From the NCBI GenBank assembly GCA_020184695.1, contig JAANOX010000004.1:1-64000 (forward strand): a stretch of DNA of 64,000 nucleotides. The letters are read 5' to 3'. The stretch comes from Histomonas meleagridis 2922-C6/04-290x. Lineage: Eukaryota; Protista; Parabasalia. Of this stretch, positions 1 to 12,207 are shown one piece after another. Below the pieces are notes generated by a model. That model saw nothing but the letters and a program-made list of their open reading frames with translations. It was not told where the DNA came from and did no database searches. The position numbers and the translations under genes were made by a program. Each line of letters opens with the position of its first letter. Within the stretch, counting starts at the first letter, position 1.

Positions 1-1111
1 TAGTTGGACAAAAGAAATAATAAAATATTATTTATATATATATTGTTTTGAAACTATTCCAAATCCCAGGCGTCCTTAAAGAACACCTGTGTCCCATTTG
101 TCATAGTTTAGTTTCAAAAATTCATTATAATTTAATGAAATTTTCATTTTTATTAATGTCTGGTAGCACGAAGGTGATCAAGACTTATTATGACGATGAG
201 ACATTAAATTCATCAACGATAGAGAAAGAAACTGAGTTAATAGATCCATCTATCCAGTATATAAAGTTACCAAAATAAACTATTAGTAATTCAATTTATT
301 TTGAAAAATTAACAAATTATCCAATTAAATAACTAAATAGTAGAATATATTCATCACCTTCTAGTTTTTTATAGAATCAAAATAAATAAAAAAATTAAAA
401 TCATTTTTTTATTTTTTAGGCACTCTTGAAAAGATCCTGCTTTAAATCAAAAGCAGATTGATGAGTTATGTCTTTATTTTGACTATTAACGATCACATTA
501 TCTAATAATGTACGATTAATTTCATCATTATATGACTCATAGATATATGACGCATACCATCGTCCAAATTTACATTTCAATGGAAATAAGTCTATTTCTA
601 AATAATGAACATTTTGATTTATAGGTGGTTTCTTATTTTCAGTAATTGGAATTGATATTAGTATTGGATTGTCAAAGAATTCTATTATTTCTCTTTGAAT
701 AAAATAAAAAAATCGGAAGAATTACTATGTTTTTATTATCATCCCAATTGGATTGATAATAAAATTGTTGTAATTTCCCATTTTTATTATATTTAGGATC
801 AAAGAATATTGCAACATCAATAGCATCAAGATCCTTATTTTTGATATTGTCTGCAATTTGAGCAATGGAAAAAATATTCGTATACATGAAGAAAAAATGA
901 AGTGATAATTTATAACAGTTATTTACTATTTAAAATAAAGTTTGCCATGTATTCAAAAAATATTCGTCGTTTTTTGTCTATTAACCTCCTGGCAAAGATA
1001 TCAAAAAGTTTCGCGTTCTCTCAAAATTGAATGCGCATTCAAATTTTCAGACGAATTGTATGGCTCACAAAAATCATTTTGATTTTTGTTGCGAGCGGAG
1101 CGAGCACACTC

Positions 1112-1188
1112 GGGGGATTGAAGGGGTCTGAGACCTCCGGAGGGGTCCGAAGGGCACCTCCGGAGGTCTCAGACCCCTTCAATTCCCC
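1112..1188. repeat. GC-rich inverted repeat (hairpin 1) closing on a GAA triloop
   Basis: 1112-1148 pairs with 1152-1188, with two G-T wobbles and one G-A mismatch; loop GAA at 1149-1151. Confidence 0.93.
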
Positions 1189-1216
1189 CAGTGCCCCCAG
1201 TGAAAACTTAAAATAG

Positions 1217-1294
1217 GGTAGGGAATGATCACGAGGACCCTAGGGGCCCCGCCGGGGGGCGGGGCCCCTAGGGTCCTCGTGATCATTCCCTACC
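1217..1294. repeat. Perfect 37-bp GC-rich inverted repeat (hairpin 2)
   Basis: GGTAGGGAATGATCACGAGGACCCTAGGGGCCCCGCC (1217-1253) is the exact reverse complement of 1258-1294; 4-nt loop GGGG. Confidence 0.97.
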
Positions 1295-1718
1295 GCATTA
1301 TATATTTACCACTGGTAAATCCTCAATTTGTCACACGTTTTTTCAATAGTTTATAAACAAACAATAAAATAAAAATATTTTAATTAATATTCACAATCTA
1401 TTTAAATAATAAATGGTATAAATTAACGAATAAAAATAAATAATATATATCGAAAAGATCTAAATTTTATTAAATAAAGATGGATATTATCGATTTATAT
1501 TTTTTGTGTTACTTTTTCGTCATTCTTTTTGAAAATTGTCAATTTTTGAATGTCATAGATATTATTATTTTATATTTATACATCTGAAACAAAATTTATA
1601 ATAGTATATTTATGAAACAAACAAAAAAAGCTACACGATTTACATATTTTTCAATAGTTATGTTAATCTTTTTTTTTTTATATTTATTGCAATTCTTAAA
1701 TCATGTTTACGCGGTTAT

Positions 1719-3668
1719 ATGTTAAGGATTAAATCCCGGGCATCTTTTCACAATTTCTTTCGACAACCAAGTTCATTTGATCCCATTGTTATTCCTCAGC
1801 CACATCCATATTCTCAAGTAAACAATATTTCCAATCATAAATTAAATTCCAAAGCAAACAACAAATGCATTAATAGAACATTGTATAGGTCGGAATTTGC
1901 TCGTATATTTGACAAGGACATTGACATTCCCTGCACTTAAAAATCCACATATCCTTATAATTGGCGGATCCACAGTTCTTGGTTCATCCCTAAAGCGACA
2001 ATTTATCAAAGAAAACATTCCCACTATTTCTATAAATGGAATAAATGAAATTGATTTTTCTACCAATGATTCATACACACTTTTAGACATCATTAACATC
2101 AAGGAAGCATATATAGCTTATCAGCCACCATTAATTCGACATACTTTTTCAGATGGTTTTGATCATATTAATCACATTGCGACCAATTATATTGATGGAA
2201 TTTCAAATTATTTAGAGCAACATAACATTCCTTTTATATTTGCAGTATCTCAACCAGTTTTCCCAGATGTAGTAAAATCAATACTTCGTCATCAAGGCAC
2301 AGTCATTGAAATGCCATTTCTTGTTGATACAATTGCCACCAAAGACATCGAGAATCCAACGATGAGAGCTGTTCGTGAGTGTCGATCGGCTGGTTATTCC
2401 AACATTGAATATTATCCTTATTTAACATATCAAAGTATTACATCTGATGATGCAGCGCAATTTGTAATAAAACATCTTAAAAACAACACACGAAATCATA
2501 TTTTATTACAAGGCAATTCATCCATAGATATTAAGACAGCAGTAAACATTGCAGTTAAATCGAATGGCATTGTAAATTGTAAAATACATTTTAAAAAGTA
2601 TTCACATAAAATACCAAAACTTAAGACGAATATAATCAAAGAAAAAATTATGAAAAATAATCGAATTAATGATGTAGAATTAATGCTTAAAAAGCAATTT
2701 TCGGATTTTGCTAATCCTTATAAATATAATAACATATATTTATCAATAGTATTCACTGGTCGACATGATAATTATTCGAATAATTTCGAAACGCGTGTCC
2801 AAAACTTACTTAAATCAATAAACAATGGAATTAAAACAGTGCCATTAGCTAAAGTCGAAGTAATAATTGTTGATTATGCAACACCTACAAATAATACATT
2901 ACTTCATAGTATATTAAAAATACCGAAACATTTGAAGAAAAAAATGTTCGTTTTATAATAGTTCCACCAATTGTACATCAAGAACTTGAAACTAAATTTA
3001 ATGCACAATACCCATTCTCCGAATACATCGCTAAAAAAAATATTGGAATCCGAAGATCGAATGCTAAATTTGTATTGACTACTAATGGCGATTCATTATT
3101 TTCCACCGAATTATTCGAATTAATTGCATCGCGTCAATTTAATTCGTTTGTTTCTTATCGAGGTAATCGATGGGATTTAAATGAAAACACAATCAACAAA
3201 AACATTACAATTAATAAAATGATAAAAATGATTTCCGAAACATGGAAACTAAAGAATATGGACATATATCAAAGATGTATTGCAAAAAACAATTTCGCGA
3301 TTTTGGACTCATGTGATAAATATAAAGAAAATGCTGAAGAATGTGTCGCCGGAGATTTCATTTTGTTGTCAAAGGAATTATGGAACGTAATGAAAGGGTT
3401 CAATGAAGTGCCAATGAATCCAAACAATGATATGGTGTTCATCGCGAGGTTAATGAAGTTGTTGCCTGGTTACGCGCAAATGTTCGTGCGCCCAATTTAT
3501 CTGCATCAGTACCATGAAAGAATAGGAATCAAAAGAGGAGCATTCCCGAACGAAGAAGACGTGAAAAATGATTACTGCTGCACTGGAAAATGTTTTGCAT
3601 GCAAGCCGTATTATGATGACGATGAATGGGGTTTGCCAAGAAAAAAATTCGTCGAAGTGAGAAAATGA
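1719..3668 (+). CDS. Rossmann/epimerase-like plus GT-A (GT2-like) glycosyltransferase fusion; one gene broken by two apparent frameshifts
   Basis: N-part ILIIGGSTVLGSSL (degenerate Rossmann); C-part YLSIVFTGRHDNY, EVIIVDY, AKKNIGIRRSNAKFVLTTNGDSLF. ORFs 1719-1940, 1897-2958 and an open frame 2946-3668 join after single-base indels in a C-run (~1929) and an A-run (~2940). Confidence 0.62.
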
Positions 3669-3999
3669 TTAATGAATTAATTAATTTGTTTGAATAAAGA
3701 AATAACAAATGTTAATACAAATGAATAAAATATTTGAGAATCAATCAATTGTACATCACAATTTCATATTAAAGATTTTTTCGATGAAAGAAACTTTTAT
3801 TATGTCGGAATGGCTTCGAAGCTTGTAATATGTTTTTATTTAAAATCATTTATTTTTTACTGAAAATAATATGTAAAAAAAACTTTTAATCGAATCTTTT
3901 ATATATTAAATATTTCCAAATACATCTTTATTTAATCATGTGTTTATTTATTTATTTTGATATAGACAGTTTATTTATTTTGATAAAGAACTTCTTTAG

Positions 4000-4426
4000 T
4001 GTTTTCGCTACCAAAGTATCCTTGCGCTGTAATGTGTGTCATATCTTACATTATTGATGTAACAGTTGCTGCAGCATTAATAGCAAAGCGTCCCCAGCTA
4101 TAGACACCAATGATTCCAATCTTTTTAGTATCAACGTTATTAGGTATTGATATATAACCAACAGCTGCTTGATAATCTTCATTGTTGATATCTGGATAAG
4201 CAACATAAGTTGTATGCAACTTTCGCCTGTATATGATGGGTCAAATGTAACAATTGTTAAAAAGCCACTTTCAGCTAAAGTTTGTGCATAAAGACCAGCT
4301 TCTTATTCTTTATCAGCTCCGAGGGGGACCACAAGCTGCAATTACTGGAAGTTTGCTTTGAGAATTAATTGGCTCATATAAATCAGCATCTAATGAGAAA
4401 CCATAACGATTATAAAATTTGATCTT
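4000..4426 (-). pseudogene. Decayed bacterial-type alpha/beta hydrolase (YcjY-like)
   Basis: Manual minus-strand translation: KIKFYNRYGFSLDADLYEPINSQSKLPVIAACGPLGADKE*EAGLYAQTLAESGFLTI..FDPSYTGES..VAYPDINNEDYQAAVGYI..NVDTKKIGIIGVYSWGRFAINAAA..M*DMTHITAQGYFGS; several stops and frameshifts. Confidence 0.8.
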
Positions 4427-4587
4427 GAGATATCGAAATAAAGAGCCGTTCTCTTATTTCGATTTTGATCAATAGATTTAGAGATAATTGTTAATAATTA
4501 TCACTGTAGGAATGGTGATGATTTGGCCAAAACATTTACACAGAATTTTTCAAATTGATTTCATATAAAAGTTTTATTAAACAAAAA

Positions 4588-5356
4588 TTAGCGAGTAACA
4601 ACGGTGTCTTGGAAGGATCCACTTTCCAAAAAGAAAGTTTTTGGATGTGTTGATGCTTCATCAGAATTGCCCAATGATAAGGGAAGGCAACCAGTGTTAT
4701 CCTTAATCCTCACATCAGCGCCATTTTTGTATCAATGTTTTTATCAATTCTATATTTGGCTTACATGCTGCAATATGAAGTGGAGTTAATCCAATATCAT
4801 TTTTTGCATTAATGTTACAACCATTTTCACAAAGGAACTTAACCATCTTAATTTCTTCGTTTGTGACAGCAATGTGAAGAGGAGACATATTTCTTTTGTT
4901 TAAGATGTCTAAAGATACATGATGAATTGCCCAAAGGTAATAAACCATTCTTGTACGATTAAACATCACTGCGTAATGGACTGGTGTGTTTCCCTCTTTG
5001 TCAACAGCTGAAAAGTCAATATTTTGGTTGTCAGAAATTATTTCAAGAATTTCGGTTGATCCTCCAGCAGAAGCAAAGTGAACAAGCTTCCTTTGGAAGT
5101 CATCAACAAATAAAGTATCAGCACCGTTCAAGAATAGGTATCTAAAGCATTTTAATGCTGAAAAGTATGCAGCTGCACAAATCAGCGATGGTCCATTTTG
5201 AAGTATATCTGGTATTGCTACAGACCTATACCTGATGGGAGAATCGATGTCAACACCATTTTGGAGGAACTTTTCCAATCCCGCCAAGTCGTCAGCTTTG
5301 ATCACAGAAAGGAGCGCGCGCATTTTTTTTTTTATTGTGTCAATTTGCCCGCTCAT
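4588..5356 (-). CDS. Ankyrin-repeat protein (one apparent A-run frameshift near 4727)
   Basis: Repeats DKEGNTPVHYAV, NMSPLHIAV, NAKNDIGLTPLHIAA; removing one A extends ..IQNGADVRIKDNTGCLPL.. to TAA at 4588-4590. Confidence 0.88.
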
Positions 5357-5802
5357 TAACTGCTTTCTTTCAAAGCCGATCCTTTTATATTATATCTTCT
5401 ATTTTCAGTCTCATAAATTTGATATACTTTAATTGAACACAAATAACTTTAAATATAAAAATTATAACTTAATTTTATTTTATTTAACTAAACTAAAATA
5501 TTGAAGTTATAATTATGAATAAATTTTTTTGTCTTTTTGTTGAAAATATAATAAAATATTTATATTTAAAAAACAAACAAATTTGAGAATAAACAAAAAG
5601 TTCACTTTTAACGTCAAAAAAACACAAACGGCCTCTATCGCTAAACGACCTCTTTTTTCGCGGCAAATCAAGTTTCATTCCTAAATGTATCTCTTTGTAA
5701 AATTATAAAAATAACGAAACCTTTGAATTTTGTCCTTTATAAATTTTTAACATTACGAATAACCCAATAATTTTTGGAAATCATTTTTTCTTCAAACAAT
5801 TA

Positions 5803-6010
5803 TTCACATTTTAAATATAAATGTCATCATGAATTTAAATATATTTTATTACTTTCAATCAAAACCAACCGATTTATGATAATTCAATCGATTTTAGCCG
5901 TTCATCCTTTAGTTTATGTAGCGCGAGTGGGAGCGAGTGCGTAGCACGAAGCTCACATAGCGCTGTGTGTGTGTGTGTGTTCATCGGTGTAACGAATATT
6001 GTTATTCATT
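5803..6010 (+). repeat. ~200-bp direct repeat copy A with stem-loop and (TG)n
   Basis: Aligns to 27463-27670 (CATCATGAATTT..ACTTTCAATCAAAACCAAC..TAGTTTATGTAGCGCG..TAGCGCT-(TG)n), about 75-80% identity by eye; edges approximate. Confidence 0.88.
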
Positions 6011-8679
6011 ATTAATGTAATGTATAATATATCGTATAATATAATGTATAATGTTATTCATTAATGTAATGCATAATGTTATTCATAAATAAATATAATA
6101 ATAAATGATCAATAATAAATAATGATGAATGATAAATATTTAAAATACATTATGATAAATAATAATGAATGAATAGAATAATTAATGATGAATAAATGCA
6201 TAAATTAGCATATAATGTTTTAATAATCATCAACTAAATTTTGAATGCAATCTAATTGAGATTTAAAAATTTAATTTAATAAAATTAATAAAACTCTGAT
6301 ATAGTCAATAATTATTGATATTTATTCATATAATAGTAATGAAATTATCAGTTTATCATTTTTAATGGAAATATTTTTATTTTGAACAGAAAATCACTTT
6401 TGAGTTAAATATCGTACGTCAAATTTTTTTGAATGTGTTGTTTTTATTTACGGTTTTCCCACGTAAGAATTGAATACTCATTCAATAATTCAATACAACT
6501 CAATTTTTTTGGAAAATATCTTCATTTTTTCCCATGAATACAAGATATTTTAATCCAAAAAAACATTATAGATATATATTCTTGAATGTGTGAATTCGAT
6601 TAATGCTATTGGAATTTTAAAATATAAATATTTTTTTAAATTGATCTTATCTCATTTTAGAATTAATTTTTTGAAGATTTAACATTAAATTATTTTATTA
6701 CTTTATATGAGCTATATTATATATCAATTTTATCGAAAATCATTAAGTTTGATTTTCGAAGTTTAAAAAAAATCAAAAAAATTGGAATTTTTTCGGTTAG
6801 ATCGGCGTGCATTCATAAAAGTGCGTATTTGAATAGTTTATTACGAAAAGCGCGTATAAAAGTGCGTATGCATTCCACACTCCCTGCAATGACTGGAAAC
6901 CTGCAGGATTGGTACAATGAAGTAAATGAAGTGGTTATAGCTTCTGAAATTATTCCTGGAAATTATGAATACACGACCGCTACTTCTTACGGCAATGTTG
7001 GAGACATAAACGAAGGAGATACAACATACGTTGACATTTTCACGGATAGATTTAAGATTATTGGTTTAGATGATTCATATATTACTTTAGAACAAGAAGT
7101 ACCAATTACCGTTCCGTCACAATCAAATCTTTTGTTTAAAGAATATTATGTCGGTTATAAATGTTCATGCGATGCTATAGATAAATACAGAATTTATTCA
7201 AACACAGATAAAATTCAAGACGTTCATAACGCAAGGTATGAATGGTTCATGCTTTACAACTCACTATCAGATGAAGCTAAAGCAGGTAATGATTGTTTCG
7301 CAAATATCGATAAAATAAGAGCTCACGATTCAATGGTTCCTCGCGTATATTGTGATTTTAGCGCTATTACCTCAGCAAAAGAAGTTATAGTTAAGATTCC
7401 ATTAAGAATTCCAATAAGTTATTTTTTGATGTTATTTAATATGCGATATTATCCAAACTGGAGCGGTAAGCTTTCAATCGAACTGATGCCTTCATATCAA
7501 AATATTGTTATTGCTCCTGTATGCGATCATGAATCGTTAGTTGCTGCAAAACCGTAGTCGAAGGAGTATATTTATGCGACCTTGGATTTAGAAATGTTAA
7601 TGAATCAGGAAAGAGCAACATTAAAGCAACATCATCGAGCGGAACAACAACTTATGCTACAATGGATGCACCACAGCAATTTGTTTGCAAGAGTCAAGTC
7701 ACAAAAGACGTAAAAATCAAGCTTGCAACATATTTATTGAAAATGGATGTGTTTAATGCTCTTGCTGCAAAATATATTCAAGTTCCGATGCTATTTCCAA
7801 TTCACGTTTGTCAAGTAAAAGATTTCACACAACCACTCGGAAGTAATTCAACAAGTACTCCAACATCATTTAACACAGCAGCAACAATAGGACTTAAACA
7901 TTGTGATACTATGTTTACTGTATTCAGACGAAGTCAATATTCACGAACATGCTTCTTAAATCCACAAATAAGATATAGTTTTAATATTGACGGTAAAATC
8001 TATTTGAAAGAAGCATGTGAAACCGAGAGTCTGGGTAGCATACCCAAAACATACCCACTTTTGGACGGTTATTCCCACAATTTTCGACTTTTTGAATTCG
8101 ATGTAAAATAACCGTCTCATTTTTCCAAAATTTTGGATAAAAAAAATTTCGAAAAAATAAAGCTTAACAAAATAGAATAATTTCAACAATAGTAAGAACT
8201 ATATCAATATGATTATTCATGAATAGTATAGAATTAAATAATAATGAGTATTCGTGGAAAAAAACGATTTTGAAAAATAATCATAAAAATATTATAAAAT
8301 AAATAGTATAATCGAATTCTCCATATGTTAAAACATATTACTGTATTCTTTTTGCCAAAAATACAAAATGTATATTGTGTTATTAGCAAATGTTTTTTTG
8401 ATGTCCATTATGCATTATTGAATTCATGTTCAAAAAAAGTGGGAATTGTGAAGAAATAATTTCATTCAATTTTTAATTTCAATACTTTACATTTTTGCCA
8501 CAATAAATTCAGAAAAAAAAAAAAATGACATTGTAAAACAAAATAATTTAAATGAATAATCAATAAATAAGAATAATTATATACATTAAGCATTGACAAA
8601 CAATGAGCTACAAAATATATTCTTTAATAAGCATTAAATTACAATAATTTATGAATAACATTATTTACAATCATTGATA

Positions 8680-9672
8680 AATAATGAATTATAATGATTA
8701 TCATTAATTAAACATTAATATACAATGATTTATCATGATTATCATTAATTAAACATTAATATACAATGATTTATAATCATTTATTTCATTAAATATTAAT
8801 AAACAATGATTTATAATGATTATCATTAATAAAACATTAATATACAATGATTTATAATGATTATCATTAATTAAACATTCATATACAATGATTTATAATG
8901 ATTATCATTAATTAAACATTCATATACAATGATTTATAATGATTATCATTAATTAAACATTCATATACAATGATTTATAATGATTATCATTAACTAAACA
9001 TTAACATACAATGATTTATAATCATTTATTTCATTAAACATTAATATACAATGATTTATAATGATTATCATTAATTAAACATTAATATACAATGATTTAT
9101 AATCATTTATTTCATTAAATATTAATATACAATGATTTATAATGATTATCATTAACTAAACATTAACATACAATGATTTATAATCATTTATTTCATTAAA
9201 CATTCATATACAATGATTTATAATGATTATCATTAATTAAACATTAATATACAATGATTTATAATGATTATCATTAACTAAACATTAACATACAATGATT
9301 TATAATCATTTATTTCATTAAACATTAATATACAATGATTTATAATGATTATCATTAATTAAACATTCATATACAATGATTTATAATGATTATCATTAAT
9401 TAAACATTCATATACAATGATTTATAATGATTATCATTAATTAAACATTCATATACAATGATTTATAATGATTATCATTAATTAAACATTCATATACAAT
9501 GATTTATAATGATTATCATTAATTAAACATTAATATACAATGATTTATAATCATTTATTTCATTAAATATTAATATACAATGATTTATAATGATTATCAT
9601 TAACTAAACATTAACATACAATGATTTATAATCATTTATTTCATTAAACATTAATATACAATGATTTATAAT
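8680..9672 (+). repeat. Satellite of ~24 mixed 41-bp and 40-bp units at the inner end of the left MULE TIR
   Basis: 41-bp TACAATGATTTATAATGATTATCATTAATTAAACATT(A/C)ATA and 40-bp TACAATGATTTATAATCATTTATTTCATTAAACATTAATA; about 4 inverted units at ~12750-12915. Confidence 0.95.
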
Positions 9673-10479
9673 TTCAATTAGGCAATGAATATTTTCAAGT
9701 AAAATGTTAAGCAATGAGCACATATTTATTGTCATAAAAATTAAAAACAAGCATTTAAAAAACAATCAATTAATATATCAATTTTTATTAAATATATAAA
9801 TGAAATAATCAGTCAATTTTGTCAAAGCAAAATGCTTAACATTCGAAATGCAATAAATTATGATAAAATGAATAAAATATTATCTATAATATAATAAACT
9901 TTTAATTATTTTATCGATAATCGATTCTTATATAAGAATCTTTTATGTGAATCAATAGACAACAACTTGTTGTAAACAAAAAATTTTTGATCATCTAAAA
10001 AGTTATGAATCATTTTTTAATCTTACTATACTTCAGAAAGCAATAATTTATTATTTGATGAACATTTATAAGCAAATGAATATAATAACAATATTTGCTT
10101 TCCTACAAAAAAGTTAATATCGAGGTGCAGGTTAAATTTATAAAAGCCAATAATAGATAATGAGAACAAATAATGAAAATTATAAATGCATTAAAATTAT
10201 TTGTAAAACATCAATAATCAATGTAATTCATGAATTACATTATATGAATGAATAAAAGCAATAGTTTTTTGAGTATGTGCTAAATATTATAAGCACTTAT
10301 ATATCAAATAAATCATTGTTAAATTTGAAAAAACAAATTAATTGAATAAATGTGCAACAATAAAGCAAATCATGAATTTGTGTTACGCATGATAATGCAA
10401 TGAAATGAAATGAAAGTAAATTATAAATATTCATGAATAATAATTGACTTTAATTTACCTTGAACTTCAATTAAATATA

Positions 10480-12207
10480 TTATACTTTTTCTAATCTTTT
10501 AATTAGTTGAACTTCATGTTCCATTTTTTTTTCCGATTGCGACATATTTTCCCAACCACCTCTATCGAAAAATTTCGTAATTATTTTATTTTTATCTTTT
10601 TTACTTGATTTCAAATATTTTTTAACTATTGTCCATGGTATTCCATAATTTCTTTTCACTTTTCTGGCTCTAGTATTTATAGGTGTAAAACGACCCATTT
10701 TATCTTTAGCATAAAATGGTGGTGTTATTTTAATATCTCGAAATACTAACGAACTCAGCATTTCTTCAAAATTTGGGGTAACACCAAAATCATATGTGTT
10801 TTCAAGTTCCATCGCTTTATTAAAATAAAAATATTTGTTTCTCATATATTTAATTTGTTCAATAAACTCTAGACTTTCATTGTGAAATGGTTTTTCATAA
10901 AATTATTTCGGAATAACTGAATTGTCTCTTTCTCAATTAAGATATTTGTTTTTCTGCACATCCTCTAATGTTTGAATATGAACGAAAAATTCATGAAAAG
11001 GAAGGCTTATATGTATTAATGTATCTATTCATCGTCCTATTGAAGCTTTCGTTTCCATTATTTATAGATCTTTCAGGCATTGGTTTCCCAGTCGTATTCC
11101 AAAGATCAATAGTATATATTGTTAAATATGTTTTTCGAAAATAGTCAATAAATTCATCAATTGGCTTTTCCCCACATTTAAGTTTAGTCATAAAATCAAT
11201 AAATTTTTTTGCGGAATTAATTTCAATATATGGAAGGAGCTTGAGAATTTTCAACAGATCAATAAGAAATATATTTTGAGATCTCTTAAAATCGGATTTA
11301 TGTTTTTTTAAAGTTTGAACATAATGAAAATAGCATAGTTGCAAGCATGAATTATTGTGCAAAAATATTCTTTTGATCGAATTTATCATAGCTAATTCAA
11401 AGTCACAAACAAACTTAACATCTTGCTTGAAAGAATAACCACAGCTTTGCAAGTATGCATTATATAGACTAAATGCATTTTATATGTTTCTTCCTTTTTG
11501 TTTGGTAGACATAAATATAACAAAGGAATATTCATAATCGGTGTTCTTCCAATAAAAGTAACTAATTGATAAGAATTTATTGGTGAAATTTTGAAAGTTC
11601 CATCAATACCGATTATTGAAGATTCTTGAACTCTTTTTAACATGAAATCCGATGAAAACCCATAAATAACTTTATCAGCATCTATAGGTACTTCAAATAA
11701 CAATACTCGATCTCCATTTAAAGTTTGTTTAAAATCAGTGTTCGATCTATATTGTCTGTTCAATTCTCCAACAAAGTTCTGTACTTTCCGCAGAGAAATG
11801 GAATTTTTGGTTTTGCCTATAGGCGTTTTCTTCTCGATCCAATTCAACAATTCATTGAAAATTAAAAATGGCATCCGATGATATTTGTTGTCATTGAACA
11901 ATTCTATGATTTTTTTTTCGATGTCTTCTTTGTTCCAAAATGGTGAATCATTCTGTGTATTTTGATCGCAATAATGAATTCCATGAATAATATATGAATA
12001 AGACGATAAATCTGCAGAAAAATCACATGAAAGACGGCATTTGCAATAACCTGGCATGCTTCGATTGCCATGAATGCATCTATAGAAAGCCCTTCGATGT
12101 TTTTTACTTCCGTTGCGCTCAAACTGATATTTATAGTTGTTAATTTCGATCATATAGGATACTCTACGATGCATACCATCATAACGCCCAGGCCAACTCG
12201 CGATCAT
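10480..12207 (-). pseudogene. MULE transposase, frameshifted
   Basis: N-terminal zinc-finger-like FYRC..CKC..HYC; IDGTFK; PLLYLCLPNKKEETY; CDFELAMINSI; LCYFHYVQ; NNGNESFN. Frameshifts in an A-run (~11480) and T-run (~10997), plus a further break near 10870. Confidence 0.9.

Noticed and set aside
48-278. LCPICH similarity to the RING gene at 52182
   Set aside because: Only one CxxC; the remaining ligands are absent.
1031-1216. 61-aa ORF across hairpin 1
   Set aside because: Open only because the GC-rich palindrome lacks stops.
7956-8189. ORF MLKLFYFVK.., the same peptide starting 13420-14028, and 13221-13445
   Set aside because: Read-through of the non-coding MULE TIRs; only 13594 onward of the 13420 ORF is real (capsid C-terminus).
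8680-9672. Palindromic ~40-bp repeats as a CRISPR array
   Set aside because: No unique spacers, no cas genes, eukaryotic context; it is a head-to-tail satellite.
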